This document shows, piece by piece, positions 8,259 through 16,839 of a DNA stretch of 56,431 bases. The notes beneath the pieces are model-generated. The model had not been told where the DNA came from, searched no databases, and was given only the letters and a program-made list of their open reading frames with translations. Within the stretch, counting starts at the first letter, position 1. The number at the start of each line of letters is the position of its first letter. The DNA is taken from positions 1 to 56,431 of IMG/VR virus record IMGVR_UViG_3300045988_170861, one strand, 5' to 3'. Source of the DNA: a virus. The position numbers were made by a program, and so were the translations under genes.

Positions 8259-8736
8259 ATGACAGAAAAAGAAATGCAAATAATGCTGGGAAAGCATTTT
8301 GGTATAAAAAATATCTGCATACCAAATGTTTTGATGACTGGTGAATATAGACCAGAGATAGAAAAACTTGAGTCATTGAAAAAATCAAGCAAGATGTATG
8401 AAGCAGACTTAATATATATCACTAAATCTGGATATCTAACTGAAGTCGAAATAAAGGTCGATATAAACGACTTCAGGAGTGATTTTAACAAAAAAAGTAT
8501 ATCATTCTTCTCCGCTCGTAAGTGCTTTATATTATGCTTTCCCCGAAAAGCTATATAAAAAGCACAAAGATGAAATACAAGAGAGAGTAAAAGGAATTGC
8601 AGGAATAATAACAGTCTGTAACTATGAGTGCAAAGTTAAAACTAAAGCACCAAAAAGAAAAAATATTAAAGCTTTAACAGATACACAAATAAAAGACTTC
8701 ATGCGTATTGGCTGCATGAAGTGGTTTAAGGAGTAA
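8259..8736 (+). CDS. PD-(D/E)XK-nuclease-like protein, apparently split by a -1 frameshift in an A7 tract (8493..8499): ORFs 8259..8558 and 8479..8736
   Basis: Motif EADLIYITKSGYLTEVEIKV (D...E.K); two overlapping ORFs, second continues the protein in the -1 frame. Confidence 0.4.
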
Positions 8737-8741
8737 TAAAC

Positions 8742-8918
8742 ATGGATATGGATTTAAAAGATAAATTAGATTATATAGGAATTGTTAGTAATAGAATTTT
8801 AAATTATGTGAATAACGATCCAGAGGTAGCAGATTTTATGTTAAAAAACAAAATAGTAACTACAGATAAAGAAACTGGTTTATCTGTGGTTATAGCACTA
8901 AATAAAAACATGGAGTAA
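8742..8918 (+). CDS. small hypothetical protein (58 aa, below ORF-track cutoff)
   Basis: ATG with RBS AAGGAGTAA; fills otherwise empty 190-bp gap. Confidence 0.4.
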   Translation: MDMDLKDKLDYIGIVSNRILNYVNNDPEVADFMLKNKIVTTDKETGLSVVIALNKNME

Positions 8919-8923
8919 TAAAT

Positions 8924-9253
8924 ATGATAATAACAAGTAAAGATGATGATTTAACTATTATACCTTATAGCAACATACAAAAAATTGAATGTAAATATGC
9001 TGATGGTTTTGGGTATATAGACGTTGTATTTCCCAATGGTGAAACACTTACTGTATTGGAATATGAAAACAGCGACGAAAATATTTCAAAGTTTGTATAT
9101 CTTTATTGCAAAACTTTATTGATAGGAGCTGTGGGAACTGATGCAATTTTTAATACTGATGGTGCAATAAAAGAAGCATTAAGATCCTATCACACACATG
9201 ATGAAAACTATGAAGAAATAATTAACAGCAAATTATATAAAGGTGATGAATAA
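8924..9253 (+). CDS. hypothetical protein
   Basis: ORF, tight spacing in operon. Confidence 0.5.
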   Translation: MIITSKDDDLTIIPYSNIQKIECKYADGFGYIDVVFPNGETLTVLEYENSDENISKFVYLYCKTLLIGAVGTDAIFNTDGAIKEALRSYHTHDENYEEIINSKLYKGDE

Positions 9254-9255
9254 TT

Positions 9256-9507
9256 TTGGACGATTTACAAACTATGATTGTAAGTTTAGTAACAGCATTA
9301 GAAAATGACGATGTTACTTATATAAAAAATGCTGACACGTTTTGGAATAGGCTACTTGAAATATATAATAAACTCCCAAAAGAAAACATTGATGTTTGCA
9401 GGGATATAGATTGCATCGTATTTTGTCTAGGATTTAATACCGACAAAAAAGAAATAATAGAAAAACTAAAAGAAATTTATCGCAATGTATATGGTAAAAA
9501 CATTTAG
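9256..9507 (+). CDS. hypothetical protein
   Basis: ORF. Confidence 0.5.
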   Translation: MDDLQTMIVSLVTALENDDVTYIKNADTFWNRLLEIYNKLPKENIDVCRDIDCIVFCLGFNTDKKEIIEKLKEIYRNVYGKNI

Positions 9508-9524
9508 AAACAAGAGGTATACCG

Positions 9525-9905
9525 ATGAATAAAAAAGATATTTTGGACGAAATGATAAAAATTTTAAATACAATGCCAAATGATAAAATAGATGGCTTTG
9601 TTTTAGCTATTTCAGGTCATGAAGGCTATAACGCATTTACACAGATATCAGCTAGTATAGATGATTTAAAAATTAATACTAATGCATTTATATTAACAAA
9701 GTTTGTTCATGTTTTATTAGATAATATGAACAAATTTAACGAAGATGAAATTTTTAAACTAATGGAAAGTGCAAAGATACCGCCTGAAATATTAGTATTA
9801 TACAAAAAAATGACAGAGCGTACATCAGGATATAAAAATAACCAACAGCCTAATTGCTTCTTGATTGGTAAAAGAGAAATTAAACTTAGGAGATTAAAGC
9901 AATGA
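9525..9905 (+). CDS. hypothetical protein
   Basis: ORF with RBS GAGGTATACC. Confidence 0.5.
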   Translation: MNKKDILDEMIKILNTMPNDKIDGFVLAISGHEGYNAFTQISASIDDLKINTNAFILTKFVHVLLDNMNKFNEDEIFKLMESAKIPPEILVLYKKMTERTSGYKNNQQPNCFLIGKREIKLRRLKQ

Positions 9906-10168
9906 AAGTTCATGATATGTATTACCAAATAGATAACCTAATAAACAAAATAAATTTAAACGAGATTAAGCAGGAAGAAATAAAAAATGAATTAATACAC
10001 ATAAATAAAAACTTGAAAAGTGCTGTATTTCCAGAAAAAAAAGTATATATCGTTACTGATGAAGGATTTATTCAGGGCGTTTATTCCAAAAAAGAAGCAG
10101 CACAGAAAAGAGTTTTAGAAGGATTCGGCGGTCAGGCTGTCGAGTATTGGGTTGATGATGTTCTATGA
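9902..10168 (+). CDS. hypothetical protein
   Basis: ORF, ATGA coupling. Confidence 0.5.
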   Translation: MKVHDMYYQIDNLINKINLNEIKQEEIKNELIHINKNLKSAVFPEKKVYIVTDEGFIQGVYSKKEAAQKRVLEGFGGQAVEYWVDDVL

Positions 10169-10608
10169 AAGGCTGGGAAGATGTAACCGAGGAAGATATT
10201 TTAAAACTTAGCTACAGAAAAAATATAAAGCCCGTAGGCGATAGAAAAACAGTCGCAGGTAAAACTACAAGCAAGAATAAATATAACGCCGTTAAAACGG
10301 AAATAAACGGCATTAAATTTGATAGCAAAGCAGAAGCTCAATATTATTCAGAGCTTCTGCTCTTAAAAAAAGCTGGAGTTGTTAAATCTTTTGTCATGCA
10401 AAAAGACTTCACGCTCCAGGAGACATTTACAAGAGAAAACGGCGAGAGAATAAAAGCTACTCGCTATAGAGCTGACTTCGTGGTCAAGTATACAGACGGT
10501 CATGAAGAAGTAGTTGATGTAAAAGGAATGAAAACCAGAGTATACATCAACAAGAAAAAGCAGCTACTTGAAAAATATCCAAATATCATTTTCAAGGAAA
10601 TTGAATAA
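10165..10608 (+). CDS. DUF1064-family protein (predicted PD-(D/E)XK-like nuclease/resolvase)
   Basis: Pattern GIKFDSKAEAQYYSELLLLKKAG...RYRADFVV...EVVDVKG matches DUF1064 consensus. Confidence 0.55.
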   Translation: MKGWEDVTEEDILKLSYRKNIKPVGDRKTVAGKTTSKNKYNAVKTEINGIKFDSKAEAQYYSELLLLKKAGVVKSFVMQKDFTLQETFTRENGERIKATRYRADFVVKYTDGHEEVVDVKGMKTRVYINKKKQLLEKYPNIIFKEIE

Positions 10609-10622
10609 GGAGAGTATATTAA

Positions 10623-11564
10623 TTGAAAATATTATTAATTGATATTGATAGCCACAATTTCCCTAATTTATCGCTGATGAAGCTTTCATCATATTTAAAA
10701 AAGAATAATCATGATGTTAGTTTCAAAAAACTAACAAAAGCTGATAAGAAATATATTTTATATGGACAAGCACCTTTCTTTGAAAATGAATACGATGTAA
10801 TCTATGCTGCATGCGTATTTGAAGAAAATAGGGAAATAGCTAATATGCTTATTAATTTTGGCGTAATCGTCGGCGGTACAGGAATAACATTAAATCCTAG
10901 ATGCAACTTACCAGATAAAATTGAAAATATGTGTCCAGATTATGAACTATATGGAGATGAGTTTTCAGATATCGCTTACGGATTTCTTACTCGTGGCTGT
11001 ATTAGAAATTGCCCATTTTGTATAGTGTGCAAAAAGGAAGGTAATAAATCAGTAAAAGTAGCAAATTTAAATGATTTTTGGCAGGGTCAAAAAATAATAA
11101 AACTGCTTGACCCAAACTTACTAGCATGTGATGAACATATGGATTTATTAGAACAACTTATAAATTCAAAAGCTTATGTTGATTTTACTCAAGGTTTAGA
11201 TGCTAGGTTAATAAACCAAAATAATATTAATCTTTTAAAACAAGTAAAAGTAAAAGCTTTTCATTTTGCGTGGGATAATCCACGAGATGAAGAAATAAAA
11301 GAAAAGTTTTTGTTTATAAAAGAAAATTTAAAATTAAGTTATCGTTATTTAATGGTATATGTTTTGACAAATTATTGGAGTTCTTTTGATGAAGATTTAA
11401 AAAGAATTTATTGGCTTAGAGATAATGGGTTTGACCCTTATGTAATGATATATAACAAAGCCAATGCTCCACAAAATATAAAGCATATGCAAAGATGGGT
11501 TAACAATAAATGGATATTTAAAAGTACCAATAATTTTGAAGATTACAATCCGAAATTAAGATAA
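10623..11564 (+). CDS. radical SAM domain protein with N-terminal B12-binding-like region (TTG start)
   Basis: CxxxCxxC motif RGCIRNCPFC; N-terminus MKILLIDIDS...L.L..LSSYL resembles cobalamin-binding domain of class B radical SAM enzymes. Confidence 0.55.
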   Translation: MKILLIDIDSHNFPNLSLMKLSSYLKKNNHDVSFKKLTKADKKYILYGQAPFFENEYDVIYAACVFEENREIANMLINFGVIVGGTGITLNPRCNLPDKIENMCPDYELYGDEFSDIAYGFLTRGCIRNCPFCIVCKKEGNKSVKVANLNDFWQGQKIIKLLDPNLLACDEHMDLLEQLINSKAYVDFTQGLDARLINQNNINLLKQVKVKAFHFAWDNPRDEEIKEKFLFIKENLKLSYRYLMVYVLTNYWSSFDEDLKRIYWLRDNGFDPYVMIYNKANAPQNIKHMQRWVNNKWIFKSTNNFEDYNPKLR

Positions 11565-11577
11565 GGAGATTTAAATT

Positions 11578-11796
11578 ATGCCTGATATGATAGAAAGAAC
11601 AAAACAAAGACGTAAAGAAATACGAAAAAAACGTATCATTCAATCAATACAATTGTTTTTATATTTTATTTTTTGCTTATTCATTATGTTTATTAAAATA
11701 GTTGTTTTTGTTGGATTAATTTTTGCTGCCATATATTTTTGTATGTGGATTGTTGGTTATGATTTAATGGCTATTTTATCTAAACTATTACTGTAG
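11578..11796 (+). CDS. small membrane protein (2 TM)
   Basis: Basic N-terminus then two hydrophobic helices. Confidence 0.45.
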   Translation: MPDMIERTKQRRKEIRKKRIIQSIQLFLYFIFCLFIMFIKIVVFVGLIFAAIYFCMWIVGYDLMAILSKLLL

Positions 11797-11812
11797 ATAA
11801 AGGAGTATTGCT

Positions 11813-12628
11813 ATGAATAATATTAAACCAATATTGCGTTGGCCTGGTGCTAAATGGAGAATAGCAAAATGGATAGCGAGTTATTTTCCAATGCACGGCA
11901 CATATTTAGAACCGTTCTTTGGGAGCGGTGCCGTTTTCTTTACTAAAGCTCCATCAGGAACAGAAACCATAAACGACATCGATAATAACCTTATAAATTT
12001 ATTCAAGGTATGCAGAGATTATCCAATAGAATTAGCAAAAAAAATAGAAATGACACCTTATTCGAAAGCAGAGTATACATTCTGCAGAAGAAATTATGCA
12101 GATAAAAAATATACTGAAATCGAACGAGCTAGAATGTATTTAGTTGCTATCTGGCAAGGGTTCGGCGGTAAAACATATCAAGAAACAAGCTGGACCCATG
12201 ATAGAACAAATAGCGTATTCCGTCCAAAATATTGGGCGGAATTGCCAGATAGAATACTAAGTATAGTTAGCCGTCTTAAAATGGCTCAAATTGAAAATCG
12301 CGATGCATTAGAATTAATCCATATGTATAACAAAAAGAATTGTCTTATATATATGGATCCACCCTACTTGAAAGAAACAAGGTCTAATATGCATTATGAA
12401 CATGAAATGGCAAAAGAAAATGAACATAAGCAGTTATTAGAATTAATCTTAAAACATAAAGGACCTGTAGTCATGAGTAGCTACAGTAATAAACTTTACG
12501 ATGAAATTCTTGTTTTAGAACATGGTTGGGATAAACATTCTATACGAGTTCAAACAAATGCTGGACATAGTAGCATAGAGTGTATATACCTAAATTCAGT
12601 ATGCAACAGGGAGATAAATTTATTTTGA
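11813..12628 (+). CDS. dam: DNA N6-adenine methyltransferase (Dam-like, D12 class)
   Basis: Motif I EPFFGSGAV and motif IV DPPY. Confidence 0.85.
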   Translation: MNNIKPILRWPGAKWRIAKWIASYFPMHGTYLEPFFGSGAVFFTKAPSGTETINDIDNNLINLFKVCRDYPIELAKKIEMTPYSKAEYTFCRRNYADKKYTEIERARMYLVAIWQGFGGKTYQETSWTHDRTNSVFRPKYWAELPDRILSIVSRLKMAQIENRDALELIHMYNKKNCLIYMDPPYLKETRSNMHYEHEMAKENEHKQLLELILKHKGPVVMSSYSNKLYDEILVLEHGWDKHSIRVQTNAGHSSIECIYLNSVCNREINLF

Positions 12629-12927
12629 GCAATGAAATAGTAGTACACAAAATTATTAGGAATAAAATATATAGCACCAATGCAGAAGATGTTGTTTTAT
12701 GTTTAAAATTTGTATCAAATGTAGCACTGCTCCAGATAATACCTGGAGTATTTACCTATAATTACAAAATAAATAAAAGCAATGAAATATATATAATGCT
12801 AAGAGAAAATGGAATAACTATGGAAGTAAGCGATATAAACTATGGTAATCAAAAATTAATAACATTTTATAAAAATGGTGAAAAAATATTAGAATCAGAA
12901 CATACTTTTCACTATATCACTATATAG
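12625..12927 (+). CDS. hypothetical protein (TTG start overlapping dam stop; ORF track lists 12580)
   Basis: RBS AGGGAGA 10 nt upstream of TTG. Confidence 0.4.
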   Translation: MSNEIVVHKIIRNKIYSTNAEDVVLCLKFVSNVALLQIIPGVFTYNYKINKSNEIYIMLRENGITMEVSDINYGNQKLITFYKNGEKILESEHTFHYITI

Positions 12928-12943
12928 ATTAGGAGAATTAATA

Positions 12944-13366
12944 ATGATAGAACCTTATATAGATTATGATGCTAGAAATAAAGCTGAAAAAGCTAATGAA
13001 CGTTTAAAAAAATTAATAAATACAATAGTAAAAAATAATAATGATTTATTGTCAATAATTGATGAAACACCTGAAGAAAAATTACTACCAAGTAAATTCA
13101 CCTTATCTACAAGAACAGAAAAAATAAATGATATAACAAAAAAATATGAAGAATTTCTAAAAGCGGATAATAAATTTCCTGTTTTTAATTTAATAAATGG
13201 ATTTAGCGTTTTATTTTATAAGGATTTAGATAAATTAAAATTTAATGCTGGTGAAAAATGCTGTGATTTAATAGTAAGTTGCTTAAATTATTTGCAATGT
13301 AACTTTAGTAAAGATGAGCGAAATAATTTATTTAAGTTTGTTAATAATAAAAACAAGGAGCAATGA
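12944..13366 (+). CDS. hypothetical protein
   Basis: ORF. Confidence 0.5.
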   Translation: MIEPYIDYDARNKAEKANERLKKLINTIVKNNNDLLSIIDETPEEKLLPSKFTLSTRTEKINDITKKYEEFLKADNKFPVFNLINGFSVLFYKDLDKLKFNAGEKCCDLIVSCLNYLQCNFSKDERNNLFKFVNNKNKEQ

Positions 13367-13806
13367 TAATGAAAAACGAACATTTGATTGAAAGATTTAT
13401 GGAAGAAAATGGAATACAAATTGATGAAATAATAACAATTTCTGGTGATAATGAACTACAAGGTAAGTATATGTTTCAACGTGATAAATGGGGAAGATTA
13501 CATTTGTATAAAGATAATCAAATGTGTAACTTATCGGTTATAGCACAGTTTGTTTTTGGTTGTAAGATAAACATACAAAAAGAACCATTTGAACCAGAAG
13601 AAGGACAAACATACTATTATATTGCTTATAAAAATGGATATCAAAGAATTTTAATGGATCTATATTACAAAAGAGATTATATGTCTAGAATTAATTTTCT
13701 TATTGGTAATTGCTTCAGAACCAAACTTGAAGCACAAGCTAACGAAGATAAGATTTTAAAAATATTAGAAAATGAAAAACCATTAATTAATTTGAATGAG
13801 GTATAA
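13363..13806 (+). CDS. hypothetical protein, paralog A
   Basis: Shares N- and C-terminal blocks with next gene (ends GNCFRTKLEAQANEDKILKILENEKPLINLNEV). Confidence 0.55.
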   Translation: MIMKNEHLIERFMEENGIQIDEIITISGDNELQGKYMFQRDKWGRLHLYKDNQMCNLSVIAQFVFGCKINIQKEPFEPEEGQTYYYIAYKNGYQRILMDLYYKRDYMSRINFLIGNCFRTKLEAQANEDKILKILENEKPLINLNEV

Positions 13807-13809
13807 AAA

Positions 13810-14250
13810 ATGAAAAATGAAGATTTATTGAATAAATTTATGGTCGAAAATAATTTAAATTATGATGAGCCTTTTTTTGTTAGTATAGATAACAAAACGA
13901 AAAGATATAAAATAGTTAAATCTACAAATAACCACGTACCAGAAGTATATGTTTTTTCGTCATTATTAAATAGGTGGACATTAGCAGTGGAAGAAGCATT
14001 AACAAATATTTTATTTAATAATAACTTTAAAATCATATCGGCATGGAAGCCAAAACTAAATGAAGAATATTATTATTTTAATGGCAAAAATATTTATTGT
14101 TCTAGATGGGATAATTATTTTACTGATATAGCTTCATTTCTAACAGGAAATTGTTTTAAATCGGTAGAAGAAGCTGAAGCTAACAAAGAAAAAATAATGA
14201 AAATATTTAACCAAAATCAACCACTGATTTATTTAGATGAGGTAGTGTAA
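13810..14250 (+). CDS. hypothetical protein, paralog B
   Basis: Ends GNCFKSVEEAEANKEKIMKIFNQNQPLIYLDEVV; tandem duplicate of previous gene. Confidence 0.55.
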   Translation: MKNEDLLNKFMVENNLNYDEPFFVSIDNKTKRYKIVKSTNNHVPEVYVFSSLLNRWTLAVEEALTNILFNNNFKIISAWKPKLNEEYYYFNGKNIYCSRWDNYFTDIASFLTGNCFKSVEEAEANKEKIMKIFNQNQPLIYLDEVV

Positions 14251-14717
14251 TGAAATTTAAAACAAATAAAGAATACAGAGAAAAACAAGAACGTTCTACA
14301 GATGAAATTGCTAGATCTCTTCTTATGAAATCATTTCTTATTGACTCTACTACCGACAATAACACGCATAATTTTTTATTCAATAAACCATACAAGCTAG
14401 AAAGATATAGTAAAATGTCTTATGCTGGCATGGCAATATATGATATTTTACACATGGTAGAAAAGCAAAAAGAACAATGGGGCGATGAAAAACATTTATC
14501 GCCTCATCAATGGCTAGGACTTATAGCAGAAGAGATAGGCGAAATGACAGAGGCTGTCAATGAAACTTATTTACCAAACAGAACCAAAGAACATTTAGGC
14601 GGTATTGAACATATTCAAGAAGAAGCTATTCAGGCTATGGCTTTAATGGTTAGATTTCTTGAAAGTATAAACGAGGAACAAACAGATGCTGAATTTAAAG
14701 AAGAAGAAAAGGAGTGA
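14250..14717 (+). CDS. MazG-like nucleotide pyrophosphohydrolase
   Basis: EEIGEMTEAV acidic metal-binding helix pattern. Confidence 0.5.
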   Translation: MKFKTNKEYREKQERSTDEIARSLLMKSFLIDSTTDNNTHNFLFNKPYKLERYSKMSYAGMAIYDILHMVEKQKEQWGDEKHLSPHQWLGLIAEEIGEMTEAVNETYLPNRTKEHLGGIEHIQEEAIQAMALMVRFLESINEEQTDAEFKEEEKE

Positions 14718-14720
14718 TAA

Positions 14721-14895
14721 AGTGAAGTTAGTATATAAACCTTTTAGTAATGAAAATAAAATTAATATAGCGGTTGCTTCTAAGCAATCGCTATTAGCCT
14801 TAATAAAAATAATGAAAGAAAATAATTCATTTGATACTAGAAAAGGTAAATTGTTTTTAATAGATAGTAACCATGAGGAAGAAGTGATTATATGA
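14721..14895 (+). CDS. small hypothetical protein (GTG start after RBS AAGGAG; ORF track lists 14686)
   Basis: ORF overlapping MazG end. Confidence 0.35.
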
Positions 14896-15293
14896 ATAAA
14901 GTTATTTTAGCTGGAAGATTGACTAAAGACCCAGAAGTACGTTATACACAAACAGGAAAAGCAGTGGCGAGCTTCACTTTAGCTGTTAATCGTAGGTTTA
15001 CAAAAGAAAAAGATAAACAGCAAGCCGATTTTATTCCAATTGTTATATGGGATAAACTAGCTGAAGTATGTGGAAATTACCTGGTAAAAGGTACTCAAGT
15101 TTTAATTGAAGGTCGTATTCAAATACGAAACTACGATGCTAAAGATGGAAGTAAGCGTTATGTAACTGAAGTCATAGCTCAATCAGTTGAATTTATGGGG
15201 TCTAAATCTATAACTAATACTGGTGGTGCAGTTCCAGAAGCTGCTAAAAGTTTTGGAAGTGAAGTACCAGCAGATGAAGAAATTCCATTTTAA
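14892..15293 (+). CDS. ssb: single-stranded DNA-binding protein
   Basis: OB-fold SSB N-terminus MNKVILAGRLTKDPEVRYTQTGKAVASFTLAVNRRF and acidic tail DEEIPF. Confidence 0.9.
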   Translation: MNKVILAGRLTKDPEVRYTQTGKAVASFTLAVNRRFTKEKDKQQADFIPIVIWDKLAEVCGNYLVKGTQVLIEGRIQIRNYDAKDGSKRYVTEVIAQSVEFMGSKSITNTGGAVPEAAKSFGSEVPADEEIPF

Positions 15294-15339
15294 AAAATAA
15301 CTTCTTTAGTCAGGCAGGACTTAAAGGAGGAATGTATAT

Positions 15340-15828
15340 ATGTCATCATTATTGTTCGATAAAAGTATTATTTTCAAAAAAATTGAAAGTAATTTTAAAA
15401 TGTATTCTCAAATAAAAAAAGAATACGAATGTGTTTTAAATGAACGTAGGTTTGATTATAAAACTGGTGGAAGTAATGGCAAAGCTTTAATAAATGATAA
15501 AACAGCCAATGAAGCCATAAGAGAAATAGAGCCACCTTATATATCAAAAATTTATATAGATGTTTACGATAACAAAGGAAATGTTTTTATTAAAAAAATT
15601 AAAGACCCGCTAAAGTGGATCCAGCTTTATGAATGGGTGAAAGAAAACACCTTAAAAAATAAAATACAAAGTATTGTTTTTAATGGTAGATATATAAAAG
15701 GTGAAAACCATACCGTTACCACAGTAGAAAATAACATTTCAACTCAATTATATTTTGATGCTAGAAGCGAAATATTACATACCGCTTTAGCAGGAGCTTG
15801 TCAAATGGGCATTATAAAAGTTATGTAA
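15340..15828 (+). CDS. hypothetical protein
   Basis: ORF, last gene of plus-strand early arm. Confidence 0.5.
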   Translation: MSSLLFDKSIIFKKIESNFKMYSQIKKEYECVLNERRFDYKTGGSNGKALINDKTANEAIREIEPPYISKIYIDVYDNKGNVFIKKIKDPLKWIQLYEWVKENTLKNKIQSIVFNGRYIKGENHTVTTVENNISTQLYFDARSEILHTALAGACQMGIIKVM

Positions 15829-15839
15829 ATAAAAATAAA

Positions 15840-15865
15840 GGCTAGGAATATTAATTCCTAGCCTT
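15840..15865. terminator. bidirectional terminator hairpin AGGCTAGGAA-N6-TTCCTAGCCT (copy 1)
   Basis: 10-bp perfect stem flanked by A-run and T-run between convergent genes. Confidence 0.7.
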
Positions 15866-15868
15866 TTA

Positions 15869-16477
15869 TTAATGTAAATATTTCAACATTTGTACAAGAT
15901 ATTTACCTTTAAAATCAACTTCTTCATCAGCATCTAATGGTCTTTTATCAAATGCCACAAATCCATTTCTACTGTAAAATTCCTTTAATTTCTCATTATC
16001 TTCACATTCAAGATAAACTATTTTTCCACCAACAACAGCCTGTACTTTTTCTACTTCTTTACAAGCAAGTTCTAATAATTCATCACCTGTAATCAATGAG
16101 GGAAATCTTGTATTTTTCCCTAATTGAGCTATTAATGGAGCGGTTATAACATATATTTTAAAGTTTGGTTCATAAGTGCCAAATTTAGCAATCCTTTTTC
16201 GCATTGTATTACTAATAGCTTTTGACCTTGATTTTACTGAAAAATTTTTATTAGCAATAGTAAAATAGCCAGCAATTTCATATTTATTTTTATATGAAGC
16301 AAGAACTAATTGTGTTTTTGATAATCCTTTTTTAGAAAATTCTATTGCCTTACAATGCAAAAAATTGTCAACATCTGAATTTAAATTATTTTCAAATGTT
16401 GACAATATATTTTTTGTTTCATCTTCGGTTTTCTTTTTTAAAACATCATCTAATTTTACTAATAAATAACCTTCCAT
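15869..16477 (-). CDS. GNAT-family acetyltransferase, candidate TacT/AtaT-like toxin
   Basis: F.C....F......L..SY.......AGYFT segment and C-terminal GNAT motif B ECEDNEKLKEFYSRNGF; downstream of small partner gene. Confidence 0.5.
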   Translation of the reverse strand: MEGYLLVKLDDVLKKKTEDETKNILSTFENNLNSDVDNFLHCKAIEFSKKGLSKTQLVLASYKNKYEIAGYFTIANKNFSVKSRSKAISNTMRKRIAKFGTYEPNFKIYVITAPLIAQLGKNTRFPSLITGDELLELACKEVEKVQAVVGGKIVYLECEDNEKLKEFYSRNGFVAFDKRPLDADEEVDFKGKYLVQMLKYLH

Positions 16478-16493
16478 TCAACAACCCCTATTA

Positions 16494-16658
16494 TTAAAAA
16501 ATTCTATCAATGTCATCTTCTGTTGCAGTTCTATAACTCCTAGAAAATACAACTTCTTTTCTTGTTTTTCCTTTTGCATTTTCTAGTGCATTAATTAATG
16601 AACGACAACTTTTTTTATCTTTAATAACAATATTTTTTAAAATGCTCTTTGTTGCCAT
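16494..16658 (-). CDS. small protein (54 aa), candidate RHH/DUF1778-like antitoxin (ORF track extends to 16739 but that start lies inside the promoter)
   Basis: RBS GGGGGA 7 nt before ATG at 16658; precedes GNAT gene. Confidence 0.4.
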   Translation of the reverse strand: MATKSILKNIVIKDKKSCRSLINALENAKGKTRKEVVFSRSYRTATEDDIDRIF

Positions 16659-16663
16659 AATAA

Positions 16664-16779
16664 AGTCCCCCAAAAATACCACGCAAAAACCGTGCAAAAA
16701 ACATGCAAAATAACCTTTATATTTAAAGTATAATATCAAAAATATGTATTAGTCAATGAATTTTTACATTTTTATGTAA
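16664..16779 (-). promoter_or_regulatory. promoter TTGACT(16751..16756)-17-TATTAT for TA cassette, leader with three ~11-bp direct repeats (16664..16708) and palindrome TTACAT-N4-ATGTAA (16764..16779)
   Basis: Read from sequence on minus strand. Confidence 0.45.
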
Positions 16780-16807
16780 ATTATTTAATTAACTATATTT
16801 ATATAAA

Positions 16808-16833
16808 AGGCTAGGAACGTTAATTCCTAGCCT
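16808..16833. terminator. terminator hairpin AGGCTAGGAA-N6-TTCCTAGCCT (copy 2) at 3' end of giant gene
   Basis: Identical stem to 15840..15865, loop differs (CGTTAA vs TATTAA). Confidence 0.7.
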
Positions 16834-16839
16834 TTTATT

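Noticed and set aside
7550-8491. Minus-strand ORFs 7550..7744, 7812..8015, 7927..8187, 8079..8297, 8210..8491
   Set aside because: Antisense to the contiguous plus-strand early operon. Phe/Leu-rich translations typical of reverse frames of A-rich coding DNA.
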